Source of the DNA: Oscillospiraceae bacterium
Lineage (GTDB): Bacteria; Bacillota; Clostridia; Oscillospirales; CAG-382
Direction of reading: 5' to 3'
NCBI GenBank assembly: GCA_015064485.1
Contig: SVSD01000001.1
Coordinates: 24,989-88,988, forward strand
Length of the DNA stretch: 64,000 nt
Shown here piece by piece: positions 63,861 to 64,000 of this stretch (the stretch's first letter is position 1; every line of letters starts with the position of its first letter). The notes under the pieces are model-generated. The model was given only the letters and a program-made list of their open reading frames with translations, was not told the origin of the DNA and ran no database searches. Made by a program: the position numbers and the translations under genes.

Positions 63861-64000
63861 ATGTGTAAAAACGAAAAAGAATTGTGCTATTCCTGTATAC
63901 TTTTTGACCTTGACGGCACAGTTCTTAATACTGTCGCAGACTGCACAACTGCCATAAATAAGACTATGGATGTTTTTTCGCTTCCTCACAGCACAGAAAA
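63861..64000 (+). CDS. HAD-superfamily hydrolase, N-terminal fragment (runs off the right edge)
   Basis: ATG 63861 with AAGGAG RBS. MCKNEKELCYSCILFDLDGTVLNT... contains HAD motif I (DxDGT). Confidence 0.7.
   Translation, partial: MCKNEKELCYSCILFDLDGTVLNTVADCTTAINKTMDVFSLPHSTE

Overview
The window looks like chromosomal core from a low-GC Firmicute. I guess a spore-forming Clostridia lineage (Oscillospiraceae/Ruminococcaceae-like) from gene content and Clostridia-type proteins.

Layout:
- 1-14.8 kb (minus strand): the complete S10-spc-alpha ribosomal cluster, rpsJ to rpoA. It includes three genes missing from the ORF track: rpmJ, infA and the edge-truncated rpoA.
- 14.8-15.4 kb: a long, ORF-free, partly GC-rich leader or ncRNA upstream of rpsJ.
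- 15.5-30.2 kb: proS, GTP-dependent PEPCK, an array of four DUF4190-like small membrane proteins, pgeF, murI, an S41 protease, luxS and gyrA.
- 30.4-33.7 kb: a tRNA Gly-Arg-His cluster, then a SCIFF-type ranthipeptide precursor (49 aa, not in the track), its radical-SAM maturase and a coupled PLP enzyme.
- 33.7-40.7 kb: sporulation-associated ytfIJ, rpsO-pnp with structured leaders, and a small ORF coupled to an M50 (SpoIVFB-like) protease.
- 40.6-48.4 kb (minus strand): nrnA, then a dgt-dnaG-rpoD-mtnN-rpoD2-radC operon that carries a second, diverged housekeeping-type sigma factor.
- 48.7-64 kb: htrA, GH127, a metallophosphoesterase, an ECF S-component, a P-type ATPase homologue with every catalytic motif degenerate, rlmB, an ECF sigma/anti-sigma/WG-repeat module, an SLH protein with 4 x 48-bp repeats, yfbR and a HAD fragment.

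I found no mobile elements, CRISPR arrays or recognisable defence systems.

Best leads for something undescribed:
- the unassigned S10 leader RNA
- the catalytically dead P-type ATPase homologue
- the rpoD paralogue
- the DUF4190 array

None of these can be proven from sequence alone.
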